DNA of 57,924 nt, filler included, from Sphacelaria rigidula (taxonomy: Eukaryota), in NCBI GenBank assembly GCA_964200075.2. It is 6 parts of 6 records of this genome, joined end to end, with 100 filler letters (N's around TTAATTAATTAA, not from the genome) between each part and the next. Parts side by side here need not be neighbours in the genome. Positions count along the whole stretch, not along the records: positions 9,672 to 19,242 come from CAXNAA020008184.1; positions 19,343 to 28,913 come from CAXNAA020008185.1; 4 more parts are not named here. One strand, given 5' to 3'. The position numbers were made by a program, and so were the translations under genes. Positions 12,140 through 24,500 of the stretch are shown one piece after another. How positions within the stretch are numbered: position 1 is the stretch's first letter; the number at the start of each line of letters is the position of its first letter. Below the pieces are notes generated by a model. It was not told where the DNA came from. It ran no database searches and saw only the letters and a program-made list of their open reading frames with translations.

Positions 12140-13630
12140 AGTATTGCCATACGGGCGGTCTCACCAGCACGAGTGTCTACACAATGCAAACACTGTCGAA
12201 CGAACTCGTTATCGTGGGAAGCCATGTGAGGCCACACACAGTATTCTTTCAAACAAAACAACAGTGTCGGTGCCACACCACGGTGACCAGCCGACCGCAT
12301 GTGAGCGCACGCCATCAAACGAGTTTGTAGAGCTTCACCATCCGACGGAATCTACAAAACATCACTACTACCAACACGCACGCGAAACAAGCAATTGTCA
12401 GCGAAAATAGCTTGACCGAAAGACGTAGGAAAAGAATGAACACCGTCGCCGACTGTTTTGCGCTGCGCGGTACGAAGGACATCTAATGAGGGCAGCGAAT
12501 CATCGGCATCACACGGGCTGTACACGGCAACAGAACGAACAGGCACGGTAGGAAGCTTCACCAAGCGAAACAATAAATCTCCCAAAACCATGCGCTCTCC
12601 AGCAATGTGTTCACTGACATGCAGATATTTTTGTTGGGCTGCCAGCACCTCCCGCATGTCTTCTTGGCTTGGCATCACCCCCGGAGACTATTCCACTTGC
12701 GCGTTCACCGCTTGATAGTCGCTTATCAAACGGACTGTGTTTTTTTTCGGCACCGCCATCGCCGGACTCGCCCACACAGCCACAATATTCCTAACCAACA
12801 GACCAAATGCCACCAAAACTGCGATGCATGAAGCAAGCCACACGGTCTTCACCGGATCGCAGCGGCGAGGCTTGGCCTTCACAACCTCCTTTCTTGGCTC
12901 CACACGCGCTGACGGGTCACCACGCAGCGCCCGACGAAATATATCTACGCGACGAGCCACAATATCGCGCATATAATGTGCGTTATCGGCGCTCAGGCCC
13001 TTCTGCTCGGCCTCTGCACACTATCCTCAAGCGCACGTTCCCGTGCACCTCTCTCCTTTGCTGGGTCCATGAACATATCAGGCCCCCGATCGACCAAGCG
13101 CTCTACCGCTTCATCAGCGGGAGCCTCTTCCTCATTTTCGCTCTGGGATGACCGTATGGATACGATCACACGCCTTGCAGCAAGGTAACTGGGGTTCTCC
13201 ACGCCGGTTTGTACCGGCACAGCACGCGGACGTAACTTCTCCAACGCCAGCGGATGTAGATCAATTTCAAGTTCCTTAATTGTCGCCATGCCACATAGAA
13301 CAACGTTGTCCCTACCGGGCATGCCAGCGAAAGTAATGGGCTGCAACTGCACAGCCCCCCACAGCGTACGCACGCTGATAGTGATTGGCACCTTTTTGTG
13401 TGTAACCGTCACGGGAGCATCCGCGGCGGTCTGTGTCGTTTGCGGTCCGTTTTCAAACTGAATTTGAAGCTGTGCGCCGCCAAACTGCGAAGACATTTGC
13501 TCGAGGAACCCCACACCGATCGACGTGAGCGCGGACCCAGAATCCAGAATATTGCGGGCCATGAACAAACCGACAGAACCAGACAAGGCTAAATCTGGGC
13601 GTAAGCATTCAGCCTTGCGATCGACAGGTA

Positions 13631-13843
13631 CTGTAATGTGTGAGAGGACGGCGTGCTTAGAGGACCGCGCGGTAGTTCAAACCACCTCAGGATCGACGTT
13701 TTTCAAAACCAATCGGGTCAGTCCCTGGAGGTACCACGCCCCTGACCATAACCCTAACACTAACCCTGACCAAAACCCTAACCACAGAGATGTTCAAATC
13801 CCGATTCGGTCCTCTAAGCACGCGGTCCTCTCACGCATTACAG
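13631..13843. mobile_element. MITE inserted between gag and protease of the Gypsy element
   Basis: ~38-bp TIRs CTGTAATGTGTGAGAGGACGGCGTGCTTAGAGGACCG / CGGTCCTCTAAGCACGCGGTCCTCTCACGCATTACAG. Removing 13629-13844 restores ...SARVVPVDRKAECLRPDLALSGSVGLFMARNILDSGS. Confidence 0.85.
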
Positions 13844-15302
13844 TTACCACGCGTGCCGAAGAACCGTGTTCTGTCCCAAGAGTCACCTGACGGCAGGGCT
13901 GCCCTCCAGCACTTGGTATCGATAGCTGCGAATCGTCGGTACAACTCGACCACGTCGCTGAATATGCAGACGGCACTGTTACAGCCGTCGCAGCCGTAGG
14001 GAATGCACCAAACACGGATCCTGCCTGGCCGATGAGTTGCGAGCTATTCGCTCCAGCACTCCCCACCGAAGTATTTGCGTTTCCCACGTACACTGCCCGC
14101 CCCACTACGGAGGAACCATAAGATCCAGAGTCACCACCTGATGACGTAGTGAAAGAAACAGCAGCGGAACAACCACTATCCGCTGCCGATCGCTTGCTAC
14201 CGCGGCCGCCGCGCCCGCGTCCCTGATTGGCACGGCCCCGTCCACCGTGACGACCGCCCCGAGATCCTGATATATCTCGTGAAATGCCCCGCGCAGCTTG
14301 AGCACGAGGCTTGGGGCAGTCCTTGATCATATGTCCGGTGTCGCCGTAGTTGTAACGCGCGCGAGTGGACGACTCTCCCCAAGACGACTGCTGTTTCTGT
14401 TTCTATTGCTGCTTGCGGCGCATACCACCTGCACTTGTCGCAGAGTCGCACCGGCCTCGTGCCTCAATGAAGTTCCACTGCTCGTCCGCCTCAAATATGT
14501 TTTTGAACACCGCCGTCGGGTTCTTTTTCCAGCCGTCTTCGTAAGTTAGTACACTTCTAACAACGCCTTGAACTCCGGGGGCGAAATCCTGTCCACCAAA
14601 GCTATGCAAACCGACTCGGCCGGGCCAGTCAACCAATGCCTGCCTTCCGTACGGTACATTGCTTGCACCATGCGATTTTCAGCAAAAAAACGTTCCATGT
14701 CTGAGCTAACCATCATAGCACGATCCTTCACGGACTTTCCATCGCTTTGCTTCATTGTAAGTACCCTACGTAGGTCTGCTGCAGCCCGCGTAGCGTCATC
14801 CTTTCCACCGGTAGTAATATACCCGGCATGATGCTTTACAGCATCAAGCAATTCATCGAAGGTCACGGCCCGACCGTTCTTGTACATGCCTTCGAAGCAG
14901 CGGTGAATGTTGGTAGGGATAAGTTGATCTATGCTTACCCTCTCATGCCGTATGATCCCTTCGGAGTTCACTATACTCCACCGCTGTATGTGTATTCAAC
15001 GTATCTTGAAAAAAAAAGCCGTGATGCTTCCTCGGCCCGTACTTTACTATATTTTGGCGGCTGTAGCGGCTCACCTAACACCAGCGGCGCTGCCGCCGCT
15101 TGAGCCATGTCGTCTAAACATCAAACACTTCACGGAGAGACTCTTGCCTGACTTGTGCGTCCTCCAGCTCACGGAACGCCCCCCTCTGCTGTGCGCTTCA
15201 GGCTGTCTCCTCGTGTCTGCGGGCTGAATTGGCTCTAAGCTGCAGCCCAATCTCTCCTCAGCCAAAATTCTTCTACCAGAGTGCCGCAAGAATATTTTCT
15301 AG

Positions 15303-15515
15303 GACACTTTCTACGATAGCCCCCCCTAACGTTTGGGTTCAGGTTGCATGAAGTGCCTCATATTGGTGACATTGGCTACAACGAACCCAAGCGTGGGAAT
15401 TCCCAGCTTCTCGTTGTGCTGGGATTTTCCCATTTTGATTCAAGTGAGGATTTTGCTTCCCAAAATCATGCACTTTTTGTTTTTTTTTTGGGGGGGAGCT
15501 ATCGTAGAAAGTGTC
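15303..15515. mobile_element. MITE, GACACTTTCTACGATAGC TIR, 4-bp TSD CTAG
   Basis: CTAG|GACACTTTCTACGATAGC ... GCTATCGTAGAAAGTGTC|CTAG. Opposite orientation to 10593-10847. Confidence 0.88.
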
Positions 15516-16039
15516 CTAGATATTGTAGCCTCTGCCAGACGATCTGGACAAGAGAACTATCCACGAGAAACTCCTCCAGTAGCACTGGCCTCGTGCTGAA
15601 CAAGTCATTTTTCTCACTTGTTATATCACGGAGTGATCCAGAAACACACCACATCATGAGCCAGCAACAAAAGGAAGAGGCACACAGACAAGGGTCATCA
15701 ATCCAGGATCCCCTGTCTCCTGCGACTGCTCCAATCATGCATGCGATGATACTGAAACCTACGGCTTGGTATCATTTGGTTACAATCCGTATCTACCCGT
15801 GAGAACAGTATCAGAACATGCTCCTGAGACTACATAGTAATAATCCCATCCTTTGGACACCATGAATTATTTGGGGTCCAGCCTTCGTTAAACGACTAAT
15901 CAGCAGTCCCTGTGCGCACAAGGCCAAGTCCCATCAACTCCCCGGACCGTGTATCCATTGCTCCCTTATTTTCTTCATCCAAGGTAATTCGCGCATTTCC
16001 TTGTCCCTAGAAAACCTTCACCCAAACATCGATGAGTTC

Positions 16040-17453
16040 CCTTAGCCATCAAACACGCCTTCGACGTCCACGCATTTCTCCTCGCCCAGAATATGTGACT
16101 TCCAACACCGGTCATACCTAGCTCCCAACCCAGACACGGGCGAGCCCCCACAACAACCAAACATGTCGAAGGATCTGCACTTGTAATAGCGATATATAGT
16201 ACAGCTGAAACGCGACGTTGTGGTGACCGGCATCGACCACCAATTTCTATATTGCTGAAGCAGGCAATCTCCGCCTTCTCTTCCCCGTCTTCACTGTCTT
16301 CCACTTTTATCGACGATCAGTACTTTTTAGCACTGTGGCGTTTTCCTCCTCCGCAAGACGTACAGACAGCTTTGCACTGAAATCGTACATGACCGACTTC
16401 ACCAAAGCCTAGCATTCAACTTTGCTTTTCCCGTCACCTTTCCGTCTGTTATTATTAACAGCAAGAAGGGCCTTCGATGATGCAGCAGTCTTCTTCGCCG
16501 CCTCTCTCTCCACCTCTATGCCCCCGCAATCTCCTGCAGTTGACTGTAACGAGACGCGATGGTGCGTACCAACTCTGCACGAGTGATAGTCCCGTCGTAA
16601 CCCGTCCCGCGGGTCTCAATACCGTAATCTGCATTTGATGTCACGGCAGCGAAAATACGAACATCGACAGCTTCCTGGCTGCACGCATGGCTCGGAGACA
16701 GCACCCGAATCTTGGCCTGCATGACCTCAATGTCAGCAATGAGTTCGATTGGGCTCTCACGCGCGCCCAAGAATCTGCTGTTGTATTTCTCTAGAAGTTG
16801 GTGCTTGAATAGTCTGAGGCTCGAACCACTCCCTTAGTTTTCTCCAAGCTACTCTCAGTCCACCTCCTGTGAAAGTGACGTTCTTCACGGCCTGTGTCGC
16901 GACGTTGCAGAACAAAACCACGAATACTTCCTGAGCATAATTGATTCAGACCATGCTAAATCTTCTAGTGAGATCCGGCATGTCGAGCGGCTCGAATGTG
17001 ATATCATCTTTTAGCAGTGCTTGTTTGCGTCCCCTGTTCCTGCTCACAAGCTGTACGACTTACCTTGCCCAGTTGCTGACTTCTTCGACAGCAACACCCA
17101 ACATCAGATTTTATTCGGTCTGCGTTTCATCCTCAAGTCAGAGCTTGGCCGTGCCTGCTACTACTGTACAAGTTGTCGCCAGGTACCGCCGCTGTGCCCG
17201 TTCTGTCGCCATCACCCGCACCAGCACTCATGGTTTCAGCGCCAGATACCCTGCCGATATCTCCACTGTTAACATGAGCTGCCGCTGGAGACTCCTGTCC
17301 TGTTTCAGCCATCAATTTCTCGAGAAGCCTGGTGGTGATCGTGTCTAATTGTGTTGTTAGCAGCTTGGTCCTCTCGGCAACTTCGTTGAGCCGATTGCTG
17401 TTTTCACCAACTTGCTCTGCCAGCGACACATCCATTCTCCTCTCCTCCGCCAT
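16040..17453 (-). pseudogene. Decayed Copia-like gag (zinc knuckles), possibly with protease start
   Basis: ATG 17453 MAEERRMDVSLAEQ...; AWRKLREWFEP; ESPIELIADIE; knuckle relics FGEVGHVRFQC and CTSCGGGKRH (~16340-16420). Many stops and frameshifts; adjacent to an LTR. Confidence 0.65.
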
Positions 17454-17485
17454 GTTGCACACTCAGTAGCTCATGAGCGCTAGCG

Positions 17486-17957
17486 TGTTGAAGATACTCT
17501 GCCTACCAGCGTAGCGCAGGTCGCAGGTTGTAGGTGAAGCATCAATGTCGGCACGGTGCACGAGGTATGGCTTGCGGATCAAGCCCCGCCATGAGCAGTT
17601 CAGCGGTAGAAAAAGCGTTTAGTACATGTAGTGAAATGATATGCTTGTCTACAGAAGAATCAAGCGTTGATCGTTCTTCTGCATCTATGTACAAGAACGT
17701 TCCTCAGACCCACTTATACTCAACATATAAAAAAAGGGTGGCTCTACTCTAGCATTTTGAACACATTCACTGAAACTATCAACACGGATGCGGCTGTCCA
17801 AATGTCAATTCAGCATCTACACTCCGGAAAAGAGTGTGACGCGCGTATAGTCCACCATTGCGACGTAGTAATGCGGTTGCCATTCTGACTGCGAAGCGAT
17901 CTACTCGAGCCCACGTATACCAATGCACCCGGTATGTTCTGAGTTATGTTATCAACA
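17486..17957 (-). mobile_element. Probable 5' LTR of the Copia-like element
   Basis: Bounded by TGTTGA...TCAACA, about 30 bp upstream of the gag ATG. No canonical TGG PBS and no second LTR seen. Confidence 0.65.
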
Positions 17958-19142
17958 GCTCTTTCTAAATTAAGGACCGCAATAGCTTCGTGGTCAAGCA
18001 GTTAATCCGGTGAACGCCCGCGCGTCTACGATCCTCGAGGGACAGTCATGAAAATGGTGATTCGGAAACGCTGTTTTTATCGGAGATACCGCGCCCAAGT
18101 TGAACGCGTCGTTACCACGGTTATGTCGCGCAAAATACTTAACGCGGGGGGCGCAGTCACCTCTGTCGTTTCTGTTTCAAGAGACCGGAAGCCTCCTCCC
18201 TGGTATCGCGTGTCAGCTGAGGGGTCCTACTAATAATAGCAGGCCAGGAGGCACAGTTCACCGCGCCCCTCTCGCTGGTACTGTCTTCAATGAGAAAAAC
18301 AACGAGGGAACGTATTCCTTGTATCTATACCCCTTCTCCACCGATACACGCAATGGCACAATGCCATGACAACGCATTAATCGCGTATGCGTGATAAGCT
18401 CAAAACCGAGTAGCTTTGCATGATCTTACGACAGGAGGGGTGTTTGATTCCACCAAAGAATACTCTTAGTTGTGTCAGACGAGTCAACACACGGTGCGCT
18501 TGTATTTGGGTGAAACCAGTGTTGAGCAGTATTAATGAGTGCTACTCATCGGCAACAAGGGCCTTCGAACAAACATTGCTGTTTTCGTGGAGAAGGGTTT
18601 CCCCCCCCTCTCCTTCGTAGGATGACCCCTTTGGCCTGTCCAGCGTTGAGGAGGGGCACGGGCTCGGACGGGACACTCGTTAGAGGTCGAAATATCCGCA
18701 TCCACTGTTGGTTTATGATTTCGTATGACATTAACTCGACTCTTCTGTTATATCGCTGCCGCTCAGTGTGGGGTTAAATGACGTGGGTGCCATGTGGTCT
18801 CAAAAACACACAATTTCAGTGTTGTGGTCAAAATGGACTTGTTTCCAGTGGTGTCAAACCTGGGTGGTTTCAGCGTATGCTAAGCTACTTTGCTCGAGTA
18901 CGGTGAGTCATCCATTTACCCGACCTCAGTGTATTTATTACCTGCTTGATCCCACTGTAGTCAACAAGTATGTGGTTCCGGTGTGGTTAGCAGGTATGGT
19001 GTGATCACTGACAGCTTACTCTAGCCCTTGCTGCTGTTGGGTTCCTGTATTCTACCCCGTGTCACCTTGTGGCACCACTGTGTGCAACAAACTATCTCGA
19101 TTGCCCCACGCATGTAGGGGGTGCCCAAGCCTGAAAAACAGT

Positions 19143-19179
<37 letters not shown>

Positions 19180-19242
19180 CCGCGCCACGCTATCCCGCGC
19201 CACCAGCTCCCGCTCCACAACCACGAGCGGCGCGCGAAAAAC

Positions 19243-19342
19243 NNNNNNNNNNNNNNNNNNNNNNNNNNNNNNNNNNNNNNNNNNNNTTAATTAATTAANN
19301 NNNNNNNNNNNNNNNNNNNNNNNNNNNNNNNNNNNNNNNNNN
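19243..19342. other. Artificial contig spacer
   Basis: N44-TTAATTAATTAA-N44. Confidence 0.99.
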
Positions 19343-19382
19343 GGGGGTGGTCCGGGGGGGGGGGGGGGGGGGGGGGGGGGGT

Positions 19383-19417
<35 letters not shown>

Positions 19418-19419
19418 CA

Positions 19420-19454
<35 letters not shown>

Positions 19455-19529
19455 CGTACTCATTTATTGCTTGCCTTAGTCGTGTGACCATTGACCACGC
19501 ATCCCTTTCGAGACGGAGCAAGTAGGGAG

Positions 19530-20475
19530 GGGAACGTGAAGTTGATGGAGGAGTTGGAAACAGTACAGATGGCAGCAGCTAAGAAAATATTTCAATTCTC
19601 GAAAACGACGAGTAATACAGTTTTGAGAGCAGTTGGGAATATACTCACTTGAAACAAACGGAGACATGAGAAAACCTTCGATGGCAATATAGCATAAAGA
19701 ACGTGCAGAGAAATAGATTGCCAGCTATAGTTGATAGGGCTGCATGGAGGAAAAGTATGAAAGGGTGGTCTGGAATAAGGTGGTAATAATAAGTCGAGAA
19801 AGCATGGAAAGATATCGGAGGAAACCAAGACGAAATACTGTCCATAGATGAAGGCGAGGGGTACAAGGCACATATAAGAGATATGACAGAAATAAGGGAA
19901 AGAGGAGCGCTCACACGCGAAGTAGACGACGAAGAACACCTGGAGAAATACGGGAGGTAGAGGGAGAGGATCGGGATGAAAGCATATCTGCATGGCCCAA
20001 TGGACGATGCGAAAAATCTGAAACGGCGATTTCGGGATGGGGATCTGGATCTGCCGGAAAGAAGAAAGAGATATCCCAGCCTTCGTGTGGAGGAGGAAGT
20101 ATATGCACAGAATGTACCTGGGGCAAGGCGATAGAGAGCATAAGTCATATAGTGGCAGAACGTGAACTATACGAGGAGGAACGGAACGTGCTACAGGTGG
20201 GAAATGCGGGATGTGAACGAAGATGGCATGAAATCGTTTGATACATTAGACAGTAGCGAGAAAATGATGGCAATACTAGGAGATAGATGGTGGCCACAGA
20301 CGGCGAAGCAGGACGGGGATGAGATGTGTAAAGTGTTTTGTGTAATGTACGGAAAGAACATAATGAGAGGCGGAATGTTGGAGGTGTCTCTATTAGGAGT
20401 ACGAACGGTGCTCCGTCTCGAAAGGGATGCGTAGTCAATGGTCAAACGACTGAGGCAAGCAGCAAATGAGTACGC
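19530..20475 (+). mobile_element. 5'-truncated LINE (post-RT C-terminus and 3' UTR), degenerate
   Basis: LETVQMAAAKK...TSNTVLRA...RLPAIVDRA...YLHGPMD...FR.GDLDLPERRKRY...SHIVAE. Colinear with the minus-strand copy at ~48955-49915; ends ...aatgagtacg followed by a C-run. Confidence 0.8.
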
Positions 20476-21271
20476 CCCCCGCCCCCCCCCACCGCCCCCC
20501 CCCTCCCACACACACACGAGGATGATTTCACAGTTGTTCTTATCATGTTTCATTCCTCGGAATTCTGTAATCCCGTACCCCGAAAACTAAACTTACTTCT
20601 CGAAATTTCGTTTCTGAGCTCGCTCGTCTCTACACCTACACATCCATCTCTGTACCCTGTTGAGCACATTCTGTAGATTGGCTTCCCGCGTGTATTTTCC
20701 GATTCTTGCCTTCCCCACCGCAGCGAAGCCGCCCACACCACCTACACACACACACGCACACATGCAGGACGTTATTTCTCGCCGACTTCATTCCTCATGT
20801 ATAGTATTGACGGGAAAAAGAACAGTATATTCATGATCATCGCCTGAATTAAGAGTGCCATTCCAGTGTAACGCACAAACGATTCAAGAAAACGGGTCTG
20901 CCCTCTCGTGCCGACTATTTGTAATCGTCACGAGTAAGTACGTAGTGTTTATGTATGTTTTTTTTCGTGTTTGTGTGTGTGTGTGTGTGTGTGTTGGCCT
21001 AAACACAGTGCCTTCTACACAACAAGTACCCATGACAAAGCGATGGCATTCTCGGACATATGGAGATACCATATGCCTTGTCCATATGACTCATGGAAAA
21101 TGACATATTATTTTAATCATATTCCTCACGTTAGCTCGATCATCCAAACCCGTTGTCACAGGGGGGTCAAAACTCAAACATGTCGGCAAGAGTTCGACCT
21201 GCCTGTCTTATCGCAGTCGGAAGAGCAAGCGCTGTATTTCGTCTCTCCGTAGCGCGGAGGCGCTCGTCTCA

Positions 21272-21505
<234 letters not shown>

Positions 21506-24500
21506 CTATGAAAATAAACATCCAAGTATGGATGTGAGCCCTTCATCATATTGTCAGGACTCATTTCATACGTGCGTATATCTTTTCCACCCCCTTACAC
21601 TTAATTTCACTCGGCGGACAGCTCATGAGCCACCTGAAAAATACTTATTACTAGTGTACTGATCCGGATCATGAGCTAGTTCATTTGGCCCCCTTTCTCA
21701 TATTTGCTCCCGACAGTGCTGGACGTCAAGGACGCGGAGTAGCGCAAAGGTAACGCTTTGGCTCCTCGGATCCTGATGTCACCTACTTCGTGTTCTTTAA
21801 CAATGAATCTGAGAGTCCTCCTCCTCGATTACTTACTTCAGCTAGCTACCTGGGGAACCATAGCTTCCCCGCCCCCCCGCCAGGTATGAAAGAACGATGA
21901 CAGGGGTTTTGCGAGTGCATGTAACACCCACGGGGGAACACAGAGTTTCTCCTGAACGAAAAATCCCCGTTTTCCTACCTGCAAGCCGTCTTATGCCCGT
22001 TGATTTTGAATAAGAACGTTCAACGGTCGATTTCTGTTCGGTTCTGTACTGATTGGCGGATGTCAATGCCAGCAAAGTTTGGTAGTGCTGTTCGACAGTA
22101 TCTTCGAACGTTTGGCCGGATCCAAAGCGGTCACTTCCCCTCAGGTAACAAGAGTCATTCCATTTGTATGGACGTAGTATATAAAATCGAAGTGTTTTGT
22201 TCCTGGACTATAGCTGTTCCGAATTTCGGCACATAACATGTTGTTACCGTAGGTGACCGCTCTACAGACGCTCTGCAGACGGCAGTCGATGGAGTAGAGC
22301 AACGAAAGCCCCAGATTGCAGCATTGACGCACCCCTCTGCACCACGGCAGCAACAGTTCGGTCCCCACTAAAAGGTTTTTTCCCCCCCCCATGTCAAGAA
22401 GATCCCCACAAGTGCTTCACCCCCCCCCCCCTCTCCCCCCCCCCCCAAATGTATGCTCCGTCTCGAAAGGGATGCGTGGTCAATGGTCAAATGACTAAGG
22501 CAAGCAACAAATGAGTACGCCCCCAAATGGCCTGTGGCAGGCTCTTGTGGTCGGGCACCCAGATGGTCACATACGTCATATCGGGTATAATCAACGATGA
22601 ATAACACCCCCCACGTTCAAATTGGATCTGTCAATATTGCCGCAGCGCACCGTCCTTGCTGGCCTGTGTGTGATAGAGAACAGTAGTATCGGTGACGGGA
22701 ACGTTGCCCTGTTTTTCAACGACATGTCTTTCAGCGTTCAGGGGCGCGTCCTGTCCAAAAAGAGAGGCAGAGATAAATCGACCTTCGAATTGGTGAGCTC
22801 CAGAGACAAGAAGAGTCGAAATCTCTCCGCAGCTCGATGTTCTTTGGGGGGCTGTACGCACCAACACAATGACATGCCTACCGGCACATGAGAAATTGGG
22901 TACACGCTGGTAACATCCATGATGTCAGTCTCTTGAGCGATTGGAAGTTGTCGAGCGAGGACACACAAAGGACACGGGCGAGGAGCTTCCTCTCTGTCGT
23001 TGCTCCTCTCTCTGGTGATATCGCCATCGACACGCGTGTGCACCGCATTCGTTCGGTGCATTTGGGAACAAGGGACTCACTGCTGCAGAGTTTTGGGGGG
23101 AGAGATGGGTTCGCTCTGTATAACTGTTTCGCGTCATCCCTGCAAAAAGGATATGCCACTTGAACCTCATTTTTGAGATCGACCCCATTTCCCAGGATCT
23201 ACTGTTATTTGGCCCAGCCAGTTAAAGTACGTACCGCCGAGTTAAACCATAGCTTGCTTACTGTTCGGGTGGAAGGAGAAGAAACTACAAGAGCTGCGTG
23301 TCGTCATTGGCGAGCTTTGGTACGAGGTCGGAGTCCAGGTGGCGAAAACGTTCGCGACATTTCATGCATCAAGCTGTGGTGCTTCGAAAGTGTGGACTCC
23401 TTGTTGGCGTTACGTTTTGAATAACTTTCACTTTCAAGCAAGTAAACTCTGGCTCTGCTCGAATAGCTGAGCTAGTGAACATGTGTATGGCTGACATGGC
23501 AAATGGCTCCGTGCGACGGACGTGGCGTGGCGCACGCCACGGGCGAGGGGGAAACCGCGTGGGGCAACCCAAGAGCTGATCCCGAATCGCACACGAACAC
23601 CGCAAGGGTTCGTCCCCAAACTGGTGTCCTGTGTATGTCACACACCAGGGTTTATCCCATGTCACGCGAAATGTCACCATGAAATTTCTTGCTATACCCT
23701 CACTAGTACGTTTGGGCGGTTCGACGAGTGGGTATACACGTGAGAGCGTGATCCCAGAGGCTCCCCCACGCTTTCTGTCGTCGTCCGGCTCATTGAATCC
23801 ACCAGAACGACCCGAGCGTGTTCAAAAAGAGCACACACACAACTTAGGGGTAGCGACTCATACATACACATGCATAATACACGCCGATTTGCCAACACGT
23901 CGTGGATCGCCTGTCTTTTTGTTCATCAGTGGCTTCAGTGATGGAAAAAACATACAGAGTCCGGTCTATCCTCGGAAGCTGGAACGGATGCCCCTAGCAC
24001 TGGATAGGGCTGGACCCCTCGCCTACGCGACTTGGTCGGGCGCACGCAAGCGCTACACGGCAGTACACCATGCCCGACCTTCGAACCTTCATTCACGCGA
24101 AGCAAACACTTACCCATGAACCACGTGGATGTGTACAATATGTTTCTGCTTCCCCTCGATGTTCCGCCGTAGTCGCACATACATTTCGATTGTTTGCCAA
24201 TTCGGAAGGAAAACACAGCCGATCGTCGATATTGAGGACGGAGCTTTCTATTGAGGATGAGAACCCTGGGGATTAAAAACTTCGTATCCGCACCAGATCG
24301 TCAAAATATGATGACATTCCTTCACCTACGGATAGCTGTTGACAAATGCTACACGCCCCACAAATTTAGATGTTGATGACCGAAATGTTGTGGTGCTAGA
24401 TGAACACACGATTTTGGGGAATTCAGGTGATCCGATCGGATCGCCGAAATTCCCCGAAAATAATCTTTGACCTAGGACCCCAATATTTCGGTTATCGAAA

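Larger units (their letters stand above)
10991..15108 (-). mobile_element. Degenerate Ty3/Gypsy LTR retrotransposon gag-pol with C-terminal chromodomain
   Basis: Domain order on the minus strand: gag (ATG 15108; decayed knuckle YNYGDTGHMIKDC ~14350-14315), protease ILDSGS (~13550), RT start (VRLISDYQAVN), RNase H end (EHIAGERMVLGDLLFR), integrase HHCC (GHRG...CLHC) and core (HFDFLYVG...SNGACER), chromodomain (VLVDWEGFGAEERMWE). Stops and frameshifts throughout. PBS-like TGGTAGAAG at 15278-15270. Confidence 0.92.

Noticed and set aside
20640..20742. Next ADH exon (expected VWKGTAFGG) on the minus strand after a TG-tract/TAG
   Set aside because: Only a loose resemblance that needs several frameshifts; downstream residues do not match.
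22622..23188. Possible recombinase/TE coding relic
   Set aside because: No diagnostic motif recognisable in any frame.
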